NCBI RefSeq assembly: GCF_000143415.4 | Contig: NW_003314274.1 | Location: 2,462,623 to 2,526,622 of the forward strand | Reading direction: 5' to 3' | DNA length: 64,000 nt | Source of the DNA: Selaginella moellendorffii | Taxonomy: Eukaryota > Plantae > Lycopodiophyta | Shown here: piece after piece, positions 1 to 12,792 of the stretch | Layout of the letters: every line of letters begins with the position of its first letter | How positions within the stretch are numbered: position 1 is the first letter of the stretch | Position numbers and translations under genes: made by a program | The notes under the pieces: model-generated | Database searches by the model: none | Told to the model about the DNA's origin: nothing | Seen by the model: the letters and a program-made list of their open reading frames with translations, nothing else

Positions 1-3000
1 ACCTAGACAGCAGTGGTGGTGTACGTCCACAAGAGAGCTTCCTAGCTTTTTGTCATGCCAAACTCCGGTCCCGCAACTACAGCAGTGGCAAATGGCAGTA
101 CTGGACAGATGCCTCATTTATGACGGATTGGATGAGGCGGAGCACTTGTTCGTTGAAAATGGTGAGCTTTTGTGAAGTTCGTTGAAGCTTGGAAATAGAT
201 TAATTCTAACACTGTAGGCTGGAACATCAGACTTGCACGACTGCGAAAGTTACAGTTGGCGTTAGACTATCAGCGAACAAATGAGATTGCACCGTAAGTT
301 TCGTTATTTCATTTCTCAACAAAAGTTTACACAGACCAAGCTCCTGTCCAGGTTGTTGAATAAGCTTATTCCTGTGGGTGGAGCTGAAACAGGTGTGCTA
401 CGTCTGATGTTTACTGCTGTGGAACTTATGTTGAATCAATTCGGCAGTGATAACGAGCTTTCTCAAGCAGCGCGGTAAATATGTTCCTTGTTACTTATCG
501 ATGGATATCATCTACTTTGTGTTTCAGGTTGCTTGCCCTTGGTGCACGTTTCACCAGGGAATTGATTAAAGTTTATGGACTTCGAAGTTTTCCCGACGAC
601 AACCTTCAGACGTCACAGCCTCTCCTGGAACTTTCGCAGTTTCTGGAAACTATTAGAACCTTGCAAGACCATCTACATTCACGCAAGACTAGGCCAAATA
701 CTGAAAAGGTAAGCAGTTTTGGAATTGGCTGCTTCCTTGAATTTTTTTGTTTCTTTTACTTTTTGCAGGATGAGGCTGTACCAGAGGTGGAAAGGCGGGT
801 GCAAGCAACTCCTTCAGTCGAGCCACACTATAATGACGACCGCTTGGTTTCTACTGTTATAGCGTCACCTGAGGACGAAGAAAACAGTAGAAGACACCCT
901 TCGCAGGAAACTCCGAAAGAGATGATCGCCCGTTGGGACAGTGAAAACATTGATGTTCTTGGTATCGTGAAGGATGCTTTACGTGCAGGACGCATACCTT
1001 TGGCAGTTGTACAACTTCACCACCGGAGGTGTGGAGAGACTGGTAAGAGGCAACTGGAGGCCGACGTTTTTAAGGAAGTTCGTGACATCGGCAGATCAAT
1101 CGTCTATGAGTTGCTTTGCAAGGTGACTTTCGGTTTTGGTTACGGTGGTAGCATTCTGATTTTTGGTACAGGGAAAGACGCCAATTGCATTGGCAGCGTT
1201 GCGCAGACTTGGAGAAGACATACCAACGGTGCTACATGATCTGGCATTTGGAACCGTACGGCGGTCATTACGAGCTCATACTACGAAAGAGCTGCGGAGG
1301 CACGGTCACCTTGATCCAAAAGAGTATCGCCTCTTACAAACTATTTCGCGAATTGAGGTAAACTAAGTTTGTTGCATCTTCGTTTTCTGACTTTATGTTA
1401 TTGAAGAGTGTGTACCCAAGCAACAACTTCTGGAAAAGTTACCACATACGACATGAAGATTCCGTTGGTACTTCAATGCCTAGCGATCGAAAGCTTCAGA
1501 TTTGGTGTACATCGCCCGTTGGAGATTGTTCGATTGACTGTGGTGAGATTGATGGTGTGGTATTGGGATCATGGAATAGAATTATCGCTAAAGACGTGGA
1601 GGATGAAGTGAACAAAGAAGAGCGCTCTGCAGCATACTGGGCTGGTGCGCTGGTTTGGCTTCAATCGTTGGATGAGTTAACTATTGATCGGGTAACTAGA
1701 TTCAAGTTTCAGTTTCTTCTCGCTCGTGACTAATGTTTGCTACCTGTAGATGATTCTGGAGCAATCTCAAGCATCAAATGTTGCATGGGATTCTCAGCTG
1801 AAGTATGCGGTGGTACACCACTCGTGGTCCGCTTCAACAAGCTTGATCAGTGATATTCCTTCCTCGGAATTACAAGAATCTGAGCTGGAGATTCAGGTGC
1901 CAACTTCAAGAAATGGTATAGTGGTGGTGACAATACCCAAGGTCAAGCGGCTCGCGCCGAACTTAGATGCTTGCTCCAACTGGCTTCGTTATCTGGTTGA
2001 ACGGGATCTAGCAAGAGGTCACATTTTCTTGCGGTCGCTATGGACTGGTGCAACCGAGCTGCTTTCATTGCTTTCACGTGCCGGTCTTATATTTTCTCAC
2101 TCGGCTTCAGACGTCCAACAAGTTGATACTGTACAAGCCATCCAGCAGCTTGTAGTACGGTCTTGTGTGCAGTATCGTCTACCGTGGTTACTCGAGTTAT
2201 ATCTTGATCAGCATTTGTCAGGGTTCGATGAAGACGCGGAAACATTTTTGGAGATTGCGGTAATTTATTTCGGATTGTTTTGTTCTTGTCACTTGAATTT
2301 TGGTTTTCCTAGGAAGACTGCCACTGGGCAAGATGGCTTCTTTTGTCACGTGACAACAAGTACGAATATGAAGCTTCTTTTGCAAATGCTATGGCAATCT
2401 TTGCGGGTCAGTCGATTTTGACACTAGACGACATGGCTACGTTTGGAAGTGAGCTCATGGCTCTTTCGACTCTAGCTTATGCTCCTGTTCTACCTCAAAA
2501 ATGTTTATACTCGGGGGTGAAAAAGCAGTCTGGTAACAGCTGGCAGTGTAGTCTCGAGCAACTTCAAGCAGGTCTGAAACCATTCCCGACTCTTTGGAAC
2601 ACTTTAAAGTTTTGGTGCCTTGGGAAAAAGGTCAAAGTTGATCCCGGTAAGATAGTTGGGTACTTTTTTTGCCATTATGATGACACCGGTGAAGCAGATT
2701 TGCCTAGTTATCTACAGTGGCGTTTGAGCCTGTTTTCTTCAGCGGACTACGGGACATCGCTCTTAACTTTACTTCCGAGATGGCTTCCAAAAAGCTTCAA
2801 AAGAGTTTTGTATCTATCCATTCAGGTAGGTGATTATCCATCTTTGGTTTCCGACCCGTGTAAGACCTGGTTTTAACAGGGAGGCGGTGTTGGAGAAAGT
2901 TTCATGAGCCCAGCGTCTTGGGAGGAATCGATAAAAAAGAGGATTGACAAGCAGATTCATTTGAACTCGTTAGAGGTTTGAACTTATTATGTCGTTTTCC

Positions 3001-6000
3001 TCCTCATGACGGTTGTTTTGTCTTTCAGACCCCAGAATCTAAGCTTGAACTTCAACTCCTTCAAGGATGTCCACTCGCTGCGTTTAGTTATTTAATGTCG
3101 CTACGAGCTAATGAAGGAAGGTCTGGAGATGATGGTGTGCTTTCTCACGTTGAGGAATACCTGCTTTGCCTGGTAAGTTTCTCCCGCCTGGACGCTTTTT
3201 GTAAAACCGGTGTTGTGCAGGTGAAGCCTCTTGGTGTACGTAATTTTAGAAACGATGTGGTCACCGCTGCATGTTCTCTGCTGCTAGAGCTCTGTGGCGT
3301 GTCTGCTACCGTCCTACGCACTGACATAGCCGCTCTTCGTCGAATCGCTGAAAGTGAATCCTCTGGCGAAGATGTGTCAAACTATCTTGCAGAATCGCTA
3401 TCCAATAGTTATACGGAAACAGGTGTAGCTGGTGAAGCGGACAAGCGTTGCACTTCACTTATTTTAGAGCACCTAGAAAGAGCCAGTATGACTGGAGAAG
3501 ACGCAAACGGGCTATGGCTTAAGACAGGTGAGGGAAATGGACAAGAACTGCGTACGTCTCAGATGTCAATGAGTGAACGTTGGAGTTTGGTAACGGCGTT
3601 CTGCCGAGTTCATCACTTGCCACTCAGTACAGTTTACCTTACTCACTTGGCTGGAGATGATGACTGGGTACGTAGGACTTCCTTTGCTTCAAGCATCGTA
3701 ACATCTGAAATTTTGACAGGTTGGATTCCTAGCTGAAGCTCAGTCTGAAGGTTGTCCGCTCGATATACTTGTTGGGGTGGTAAGTCCTCTTTTATTTGTT
3801 TTTTTTTCCCATTGTCGTAATATTCTGTATTTCAGGCATCAAAGAATTTTAAAGATGAGCAACTACGAAGTCACGTTTTGACTGTTTTAAATAGCATGTC
3901 CGGGAAATCTGATCACACGGAAATTTTGGACCACAACGAGTTATTTTCACTGATAGCGGAAATTGAGAGTCGTAAAACTCCTGGAGCAGATTTGATTCAA
4001 AAGGCAAAAAGCATGCGTTGGCCACTACTTGCTGTAGTGGCCTCTTGCTTCAACGACGTATCTCCACTCACGTGCGTGGCTGCATGGCTGGAAGTAACAG
4101 CAGAAAGGTAGGCCAAGTTGGCTATGGATTTGCAGATAGTTAACAGTTGCATTGTAGAGAAACCAATGGTGTAGGAGCTGCTTTGGCATCTAATGTGGGC
4201 TATGCTGTGGATGCTACAAATGCAGTATATCATACGCACCATCGGTTGCCAGTCTACACTCGCATCAATGCGAAAAGACGACGTCTTTTGTCAAGTCAGA
4301 ACGAGGATGATTTTATCGAGTCCAGCCAGCCTATGCAACCAACCCAGATACTTCATGCTGCAGATGGCACTCAAGAGTCTTTGGCAAAAATGGTTGCAAC
4401 TCTGTGCGAAAAGCAGCTGTTCATTCCTCTGCTTAAAGCATTCGAGCTATTTCTTCCGTCTTCACCTCTGCTTCACTTCATTAGATTTCTGCGGGTAAGT
4501 TTACTCTTCTTTCTGTACAAGCTTTTAACCATATTTTGTGTCCAGGCCTTTTCACAGATGAGGTTGTCTGAAGCTTCAGCTCATTTGGCCGACTTTTCTG
4601 CATTTTTGAAAGAAGAAATTCACAGTAGGGGTGGAAGAAGTGGAACAACATGGATCAGTAAAGCAGCTATTGCTGGGGCCAATGCGATATTGGCTGCGTG
4701 TCCTTCTGCCTATGAGAAGCGCTGCATGTTGCAGTTGCTTGCTGCAGCAGATTTTGGTGATGGAGGTGTTGCTGCTATGGGATACAGAAAGCTTTACTGG
4801 AAAATCCAGCTTGCGGATCCGTCATTGCGTCAAGGGAGACAGTCGGGAACGCAGGTTGATGACTTGGATGACGACGCTCTTTTAAAAGATCTCGAAGCGA
4901 GTGGTCAATGGGAAGACGCTCGTAGTTGGGCGAGGCAACTTGATCTCAGCAATCAAGGGAATTCGGGTGCAGTTCATCACGTAACAGAGATGCAGGTAAA
5001 CGGCTTAACAACTCTGGTTAGTAATTTGTGTTGATATGTTTTTCAGGCAGAGGCAATGGTTGCCGAATGGAAGGAGTTGCTTTGGGATGTACCCGAGCAA
5101 AGAGCAGCACTATGGCGGCACTGTCAGGCGCTTTTCACTAAACATTCGTACCCTCCGCTCAAGGTAGTGTTTTTAGTTGCTTGTTTTATAGCCTTGCCGA
5201 CATTTTGTGTTTTTTTTACAGGCTGGTATGTTTTTCTTGAAGCACGCTGAGGACATTGAGCAACATGGCCTACCTGCAGAGTTGCATGCAGTACTGCTGC
5301 TGGCACTTCAATGGCTTAGCGGTTCGATCACTGGATCAGCTCCGTATGTGATATTCACATTATTTTCTTTGTTTAACTTTAATGTTTCTTTCCAGTGTCT
5401 ATCCGGTTCCTCTGCTCCGTGAACTTGAGACTAGAGTGTGGCTCTTGGCCGTGGAATCTGAAGTTTTGATGAAGAGCAGCAGCTCAAACAGTCCAACTTT
5501 TAGGCTTGGAGCATTAAATCTGGAAAGTCCATTCAGCATGCACAGCGGGAGCCCTGTTGATCGCACGGCAGCTAAGATTGCAACTGTTGATGGCCACCTC
5601 AAAGTCTTCAACTCTATGCACGCAGACATAATGGACGATATTCGGCAGGTTCACAGCCCCGTAGGTTCTGGTGGTAAAAACGGAGGGTCTAAACCAAAAC
5701 GCAGACTTCTTAGACGTGGCCAGGAGAAGGAACAAACATCACCTGATATGGACAACAAGTTGAAGATCACTGACGAAGACTCTACTGCTGGCTGGGAAGA
5801 CAAGGTTGGGGAGGGGGAAGTTGAAAGGGCGATTCTCGCGCTCGTTGAAGTTGGTCAGGTGCAAGCAGCAAGACAACTTCAACAAAAGTTGTCACCCAGT
5901 CGTGTACCTGCAGAGCTTGTCTGGGCTGAGACGGCTTACAACGTTGCCATGCTCTCGAGTCCTACTGTGAAGGGATCAATAAGAGGATCAGCTTTGGGTG

Positions 6001-7811
6001 CACCTGTCATGAAGACGCTCAACAAACTGAAGTTGAAAGATGTCTCGTCTGCTTCGCCTCTTCAGGTAAGAACTCGTGCGTTCCTTTTTGTGTTTTAACT
6101 TGGCTGTTCTGCTCAGGCTATGGAGGCTTTGACTGCGGCTTGTCGAGAAGGCTGTGGTCGTGGCCATTGCAGACGAGTTACTGCCGTGGCTCAGATTGCC
6201 AACTTTTTGGACCTGCCTTTCTTTGAAGCCTTCCAAAAGCATCCGACTGAACTGCTTCAGCTTCTTTCTCTAAAAGGCCAAGATGCTGTTTCAGAAGCTA
6301 AACTTTTGGTGGCCACCCATTCGATCAACGCATCCAGTATTGCTCGCATTTTGGCCGAGTCATTTCTCAAGGTGTGGTTTTTTAAGTCTTTCATTTCTTT
6401 CGTTATTTCTTTTTCTTTTGTGATATATCCAGGGTCTCCTTGCTGCACATCGCGGTGGATACATGGACTCGTCTTCCTCGAAGGAGGAGGGACCAGCACC
6501 ACTGTTATGGCGATCATCCGATTTTGTACAATGGGGTCAGCTATGTCCATCTGAACCAGAACTTGGACATGCTTTGATGCGACTAGTAATAAGTGGGCAT
6601 GATATGCCGCACGCTTGCGAGGTACAAACTTTTTCTTTCGTCTTGTGCGATCCTTGACTCGGTACAACACACAGGTGGAGCTACTTATACTAGCGCATCA
6701 ATTCTATGAGTCATCTGCATGTCTTGATGGAATGGACGTACTGGTTGCTCTAGCAGCCACTAGGGTGGAAGCTTATGTGGCTGAAGGAGACTTCTCAGCC
6801 CTTGCCCGGTTGGTAACAGGTGTGAGCAACTTCCAAGCGCTGCGTTTTGTCCTGGATCTGCTGATAGAAAACGGTCAACTGGAGTTGCTGCTCAAGAAAC
6901 GTGCTGCTGTTGATGCGTTGAAGGAGTCATCGGCATCTGTCCGAGGCTTCCGAATGGCCGTTATCTCAGCTCTGAAGCACTTCAACCCGCATGATTTAGA
7001 CGCGTTTGGAATGGTTAGTAACTTCTCGCACCGTCATCTGCTTTGTTGCCTAAGCGTTCGTTTTTCTTGTATGTCGCAGGTGTTCAGCCATTTCAGCATG
7101 GCCCACGAGATGGCTAATCTTTTGGAATCAAGAGGACGGAAAGGCTTAACTCGGTCCATTAGGAACGATCCAGAGCAGAACGAAGAGGTGCTGGAGATAA
7201 TGAGGTTCTTTGTGGAAGCGTCGGAGGTGTATGCGGGGATTGATTGTGGAAACAAGACAAGGTGGTGCTGCGCTCAGGCCTCATTGCTCTCGTTGCAGCT
7301 CAGAATGCCAGAAATCATGTGGCTCAACCTGACGGAAACAAATGCTCGACGTCTGCTAGTAGACCAGCGCCGGTTCCAGGAAGCATTGATAGTAGCAGAA
7401 GCCTACGGCCTCAACCAGCCCGCGGAGTGGGTTCCTGTGCTGTGGAACCAGGTGCTGTCACCAGGTTGGATCGAGCACTTCCTCACCGAGTTTGTGGCGT
7501 CATTGCCGCTCCGTCCATCCATGCTCATGGAGCTAGCTCGAATCTACCGGTCAGAAGTGTTGGCCAGAGGCGACCACCTGGACTTCTCGAAGTGGCTCAC
7601 CTCTGGCATGCCACACGAGATCACCAAGTCGTTCAGGAGTATACTCAAGCACGTAGGCGACTTCAGGCTACGAACACAGCTCACAACTCTGGCCTCGGGC
7701 TTCCCCGACGTGCTTGATATGTGCGCTCGGATTCTAGACAAGGTGCCGGACATAGCTGGTCCACTGGTTCTCAAGCGGGGACACGGTGGAACTTACGTCT
7801 CGCTCATGTAG
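1..7811 (+). CDS. SPG11: Spatacsin (SPG11)-like protein, multi-exon, 5' end outside window
   Basis: Chain of + strand ORFs joined by ~50-nt GT-AG introns. C-terminal Spatacsin_C-like text 'VELLILAHQFYESSACLDGMDVLVALAATRVEAYVAEGDFSALARLVTG' and 'FQEALIVAEAYGLN'; stop TAG at 7809-7811. Confidence 0.85.
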
Positions 7812-7880
7812 ATAAACATGTCGATCGATCGGTCGGCGTGTATAGAGTCATGAGGTAAACAGCTCGTTTTGCTGCTTTTT

Positions 7881-9701
7881 CTAGGCAGAATAATATTGCA
7901 GATAAGCGGCCATCAAAATCCTCCATGCCACATTGTCTGCTTCGAACGGCATCGAGTGCATCAACTCTTGCGCTCCATCAAAGTTGCCTGCTCGGCCGAC
8001 GAGATCGATCATGCAAATGTAGTGTTCCAGCGCCAGCCGGGTGTGGTAGTCGGCCTCCAAGCTCAGGAAGAACGAGCAGCCAGCGTCCAAGGCTCCGGCA
8101 TGGCTGCACACGGACAGGACGCCGAGGCTGGTGATCTTGTTGGGAGCAACTCCATCCAGCAGCATGAGCCGCAGGAGGTCCAAAGCCTCGGCCACGTCGT
8201 CATGCACCGCTGCCACCATGCTGCTCCACGACACCACGTCTCTCCGGTACTTGATCGTCTCGAACACCGCCTTGGCATCGCTCACGTTCCCACACCTGAC
8301 GTGAAAGTTGAGCACCGCGTTGGCCACAACGACGTCCGGCTCCCCGCTGTTCCATTTGATGGTGCACTGTAGCAGTGACGCTCCCAGCGCATCCAGTCCC
8401 AGGTTTGCACAGGCATCCAGCAGCGTGGTGAGAGTGATCTTATCGGCCTTGACGGCGTCCTGCTGCATCCGCTCCCAGAGCTCAAGAGCCTGCTCGTTTT
8501 CACCGTTCTGGACACAGGCCGAGAGGATGGCATTCCACGACACCAAGTCGCGATCGGGCATCCACTCGAAGACGGACAGAGCAGCAGCCAAGTCCCCCCG
8601 CCGAGAGCACACAGCAATCACAGCATTCCAGGAGACGAGGTTGTGGCATGCCATCTTGTGCCACGCCTCCACTGCTAGATCCATCTCCTCACTGCTGACC
8701 AAGGCTGCCAGCATCGCGTTCCACGACACGACGTCGCGTCCGCTCAAGCCGTCGAACACCGCCTTGGCGCTGCTGCTGCTCCTCCACGCTCCATACATGG
8801 TCACCAGGCTGTTCCCGACTGCTACGTCGCTGATCCCAAGCTCCGCCACCTCTTGGTGAAGCGCTCTTCCGAAAACTCTCAAGAACAACGACGACGACGA
8901 CGAAGAAGAAGAAGATGAGGCCTCGAAGGCGCTGACGAGCGTGAAGACATCGGGCGGGTGGTAGTCACCTTGGGCGTCCATGAGGCTAAAGAGTTCCAAC
9001 GCGCGCCTGGCAGTGGAAGAGCAGCGGCTGTGAGCTGCGATGATTGCATTCCAAGACACCCGGTCGCGACCACCATCGCCGCAAGCTTGGAAGAGCTGCG
9101 CTGCTTGCTCTGGTTTACCGCCCTGGGCAAATGCGGCGATCATCACGTTCCTCGAGACAACGTCCCACATTGGCATCCGGTCGAAGGTCCGCTTGGCTCG
9201 CTCGCCACTGTGATCCAGCTGCAGCTGTGCCGACATGACGATGTTCCACGAGAAGTGGTTCCTCCTCTCCATCTGATCCAGAAAGACACGGACGGCCTCC
9301 TCCGGCTCCCCGCAGCGCTTGAACATGTCCATCACCAGGTTCTTGAGAAAGGTGTGCTTGGCCAGACCCCTCCTCACGATGTGCGCCACGATCCTCCGGC
9401 CCTCTTGAATGCTCATCGCCTGGCGGAGGAGGAATCCATAGCTGTTGATGTCCAACTGCTTGTCCGCGCTCCATCGCTCCAACACGTCCACCACGTCGGA
9501 GACTCTCTCCTTGCCGCTGCTACTGCTGGTGCGAGTATCGAGCTCCTGCTGGGCGAGCGCTCCCCAGATGGAGCACTGATCTTGCTGGAGAGTGCCGGCC
9601 ATCCATTGCAAGTAGCTGTCTGGGAGACGCGCAAGCTCCTCGCCTTTGTGCCTTCCAAAGCTCACCACCACGCGGCCCCTGCTGTTGATCACTGGCCTCA
9701 T
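7881..9701 (-). CDS. PLS-class pentatricopeptide repeat protein with truncated E extension and N-terminal FGxHKG (DUF3820-like) domain
   Basis: Intronless ORF with repeated 'D(L/V)VSWNA(M/I)' PPR motifs and E-like 'LEHYICMIDLVGRAGNFDGAQELMHSMPFEADNVAW'; no DYW. First ATG at 9701; the ORF-track start at 9713 is GTG. Confidence 0.9.
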   Translation of the reverse strand: MRPVINSRGRVVVSFGRHKGEELARLPDSYLQWMAGTLQQDQCSIWGALAQQELDTRTSSSSGKERVSDVVDVLERWSADKQLDINSYGFLLRQAMSIQEGRRIVAHIVRRGLAKHTFLKNLVMDMFKRCGEPEEAVRVFLDQMERRNHFSWNIVMSAQLQLDHSGERAKRTFDRMPMWDVVSRNVMIAAFAQGGKPEQAAQLFQACGDGGRDRVSWNAIIAAHSRCSSTARRALELFSLMDAQGDYHPPDVFTLVSAFEASSSSSSSSSSLFLRVFGRALHQEVAELGISDVAVGNSLVTMYGAWRSSSSAKAVFDGLSGRDVVSWNAMLAALVSSEEMDLAVEAWHKMACHNLVSWNAVIAVCSRRGDLAAALSVFEWMPDRDLVSWNAILSACVQNGENEQALELWERMQQDAVKADKITLTTLLDACANLGLDALGASLLQCTIKWNSGEPDVVVANAVLNFHVRCGNVSDAKAVFETIKYRRDVVSWSSMVAAVHDDVAEALDLLRLMLLDGVAPNKITSLGVLSVCSHAGALDAGCSFFLSLEADYHTRLALEHYICMIDLVGRAGNFDGAQELMHSMPFEADNVAWRILMAAYLQYYSA

Positions 9702-9709
9702 CAAGGATA

Positions 9710-10870
9710 TCACGGATTCAATCGCCTCCGGTCTCGCTGATGCCTCGCCCGATCCCTTGCCCGGAGCTCGCCGCCATACATTCTGGACGCCACCTCCTGG
9801 ATCTTAGAATGCAGTGGCTGGATCATGGAGCGGTATTTCATCCTGCGCCTGGGGATGCTGTGATAGTAGTAGGGGTCCTGATGATCATCAACCTCGGCAT
9901 GCCGCGCGGGAGCAGCGCTGCATGCAGCGCTAGCGTGCTTTCTTCTAGATGGAATCCTTGGCATTGATCTCGGCTTGGCCATGGCTCTCACGCGATCGCC
10001 GCTGTCTGACGACGATCGGTCCTCCCACTCCCAGAATTGTTTCTTCGTCTTGGTTTTGCTCAATGTCTTGTTATCGCGAGGAGATGAATTTGCGCGCCTG
10101 AAGAACTGAGGAGCCAACAAGGTATCGTTGCTACTCCTGCTGCTGCCACTCTCGCGATCATTTGCTTGCAACTCAGCAAGGGCGCTGAGATTCTTGTGCT
10201 GCTTGCAAACAGACGAGCGAGGCGTAGCAGCTGTGGGAGTGGATCGAGGTCGAGAAGCTGCTGCGGGAGTAGTAGACTTGGTGGTGGCCGAGGGCGATGA
10301 TGCAGCTTTGCGAGAGCGAGATCGCGAGAGCAAGCATTGTCTGATGCGCTCCGGAACAATCTCTGGCGGCAGGAGCAGCAGCAGAGCTTGATCACCACTT
10401 CTGTGCTTGCTCTTCCGTGCTGCCACTGCTGCTTCGACATAGGGATTGGAAGATGGAGGAGCCATAGCAGCCGCGACGGCCGGTGAATCCCACGCCGCTG
10501 CCACCTTGGAACCGGGATTGGAATCCAGCCCTGTTTTTGGCGCGGTCTCGTTCTTGCGCTCTTCGTCTCGATCAGCACTGATACTGTTCGTGTGGGGCAG
10601 TGGTTTGGGCTTGGAGACGGTGACCGAGACGGGGCTCGCGGATGGATCGCTGGGATCGAGCTTGACGTGAGCTTGGATCGCGATGCTGAGCCTGTCCACG
10701 GCCGGAGGAGCATCGCGATCGCCAGCATTTCCATTTCCAGTGGCGTGGTCGGTCTTCTTGGCGTGGCTGCTCCTTCTCTTCTTCTTGCCGGTGGGGAGCA
10801 TGATGAGCGCGGGCGTGAGCGTGATCTTGTGTGAGGTCAGAGGCGATGCTTGGAGCGCAACACCCGCCAT
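9710..10870 (-). CDS. Ser/Ala/Arg-rich low-complexity ORF (386 aa), possibly the 5' part of the PPR gene
   Basis: 1.16-kb open frame starting ATG at 10870, preceded by ccctaaccctaa telo-like motif. No recognisable domain; overlaps the open PPR frame. Confidence 0.45.
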   Translation of the reverse strand: MAGVALQASPLTSHKITLTPALIMLPTGKKKRRSSHAKKTDHATGNGNAGDRDAPPAVDRLSIAIQAHVKLDPSDPSASPVSVTVSKPKPLPHTNSISADRDEERKNETAPKTGLDSNPGSKVAAAWDSPAVAAAMAPPSSNPYVEAAVAARKSKHRSGDQALLLLLPPEIVPERIRQCLLSRSRSRKAASSPSATTKSTTPAAASRPRSTPTAATPRSSVCKQHKNLSALAELQANDRESGSSRSSNDTLLAPQFFRRANSSPRDNKTLSKTKTKKQFWEWEDRSSSDSGDRVRAMAKPRSMPRIPSRRKHASAACSAAPARHAEVDDHQDPYYYHSIPRRRMKYRSMIQPLHSKIQEVASRMYGGELRARDRARHQRDRRRLNP

Positions 10871-11064
10871 ATCCCCCGCTCTAGCCCTAACCCTAAAAAC
10901 CAGTCAAACCCATAGAAAAAGGCGAGCGATGGCACCACCGGGAGGGCGCTGGCGCCGCTGCTGCCTCCGCTAATTCTTTGTGGATCGGATCGGGAGGGGG
11001 GAGCGCGTGCGTGCGCGGGTGAGATATCCAGTCCATTGATCCATCGATCAATCGGCTAAAGGCG

Positions 11065-12449
11065 ATGCTGCGGCGGGGTGTGGTGTCACTGCTGCGGCGG
11101 GCGCGAGGAGGGCAGCAACAGCAGCAGGGGCTCTCCAATGGGTCGGTTCCTCTCCATCCTCCCCAGGCGAGAGAATTAGGGTTTTGTGGATCTCCCTCTT
11201 CATCCTCCTGCTCGCGTCGTAATATCACGTACATGCCCAGGCCTGGCGATGGCGCGCCGCGGGCCGTGACGCTCATCCCCGGCGATGGCATCGGCCCGCT
11301 CGTCACGGGGGCGGTGGTGGAGGTGATGAAGGCGCTGCACGCGCCCGTCTACTTCGAGGCGTACGAGGTGACGGGCAAGATGGACAAGGTGCCGCGCGAG
11401 CTCATGGACTCTATCCGCAAGAACAAGGTGTGCTTGAAGGGGGGGCTCGCCACGCCCGTGGGCGGAGGCGTCAGCTCCCTCAATGTGCAGCTGCGCAAGG
11501 AGCTCGACTTGTTTGCGTCGCTCGTCCACTGCTTCAATCTCCCCGGCCTCAAGACCCGCCATGACAACGTCAACATTGTTGTGATCCGGGAGAACACCGA
11601 GGGGGAGTACGCCGGCCTGGAGCACGAGGTCGTCCCGGGTGTTGTCGAGTCTCTCAAGGTACTCCAATTTCTTCTCCTCTGCTTTGCTCGGCCGCTCCAG
11701 CTACGTTTCTTCTTGCGCACCAGGTGATCACGAAGTTTTGCTCCGAGCGGATTGCCAAGTACGCGTTTGAGTACGCCTACCTGAACAACAGAAAGACGGT
11801 GACGGCGGTGCACAAGGCCAACATCATGAAGCTCGCGGATGGCCTGTTTCTGGAGTCGTGCCGCGAGGTGGCCAAGAAGTATCCCGGGATCAAGTACAAC
11901 GAGATCATCGTCGACAACTGCTGTATGCAGCTCGTGTCTCGCCCCGAGCAATTCGATGTCATGGTAACCAGTTGCTCCTTCCATTTCATTGCAGTGTTTT
12001 ATCATCCACGAACCTGTGCAGGTAACTCCCAACCTCTACGGCAACCTTGTGGCCAACACGGCGGCTGGCATTGCGGGTGGCACGGGAGTGATGCCCGGAG
12101 GTAACCACGCACACCTCCTCTCTTGCAAGATTTGATTGACAGACGAGCGATTGTCTTGCTCGCAGGCAACGTTGGAGCGGAGCACGCGATATTCGAGCAG
12201 GGTGCCTCGGCCGGTAACGTAGGAAACGAGAAGCTTGTGCAGCAGAAGACGGCGAATCCCACAGCGCTGCTACTTTCGTCGGCGATGATGCTGCGGCACC
12301 TGCAGTTCCCCTCGTTTGCGGACCGGCTGGAGCAGGCGGTGCTAGGCGTTGTGAAGGATGGCAAGCACCGCACCAAGGACCTCGGCGGGAGCAGCACGAC
12401 GCAAAAGGTGGTGGACGCGGTCATCGCCAAGCTTGCCGACAACGAGTAA
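11065..12449 (+). CDS. IDH1: Mitochondrial NAD-dependent isocitrate dehydrogenase, regulatory subunit (4 exons)
   Basis: '[11 protein letters not shown]', '[25 protein letters not shown]', '[17 protein letters not shown]', '[13 protein letters not shown]' (Asn in place of the catalytic-subunit Asp); Arg-rich N-terminal presequence. Confidence 0.93.
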
Positions 12450-12792
12450 TACTGCCGCTGGGTATGTTGGTGTTCCAAAACTATCACCTAGCTTGCGTAG
12501 TCGCGGATCCAGATTCTATTTCTTTATTCTTAACCGAGACGAGACGCCGAGATGACCAAGGAATAAAACTTCGCAAACCTCGTGTCTGCGTGTGAGTAGA
12601 TATTTTCGATGCATGGCTGGACTTGGGATGGACGGACGGGCAATTCTTGTATCGTCGTCGAGGCCAGGGGCAACGGACGGAGGGGGCGAGGCGTGGTTGC
12701 ATGGTGGAGTGATTTAAACCTATCTAAATAAGAGGAACAAGAGAGGAGAGAAAAAGAGGAAGAGAGGTCGCTCTTAGTTGGCGGTGGTGGGC

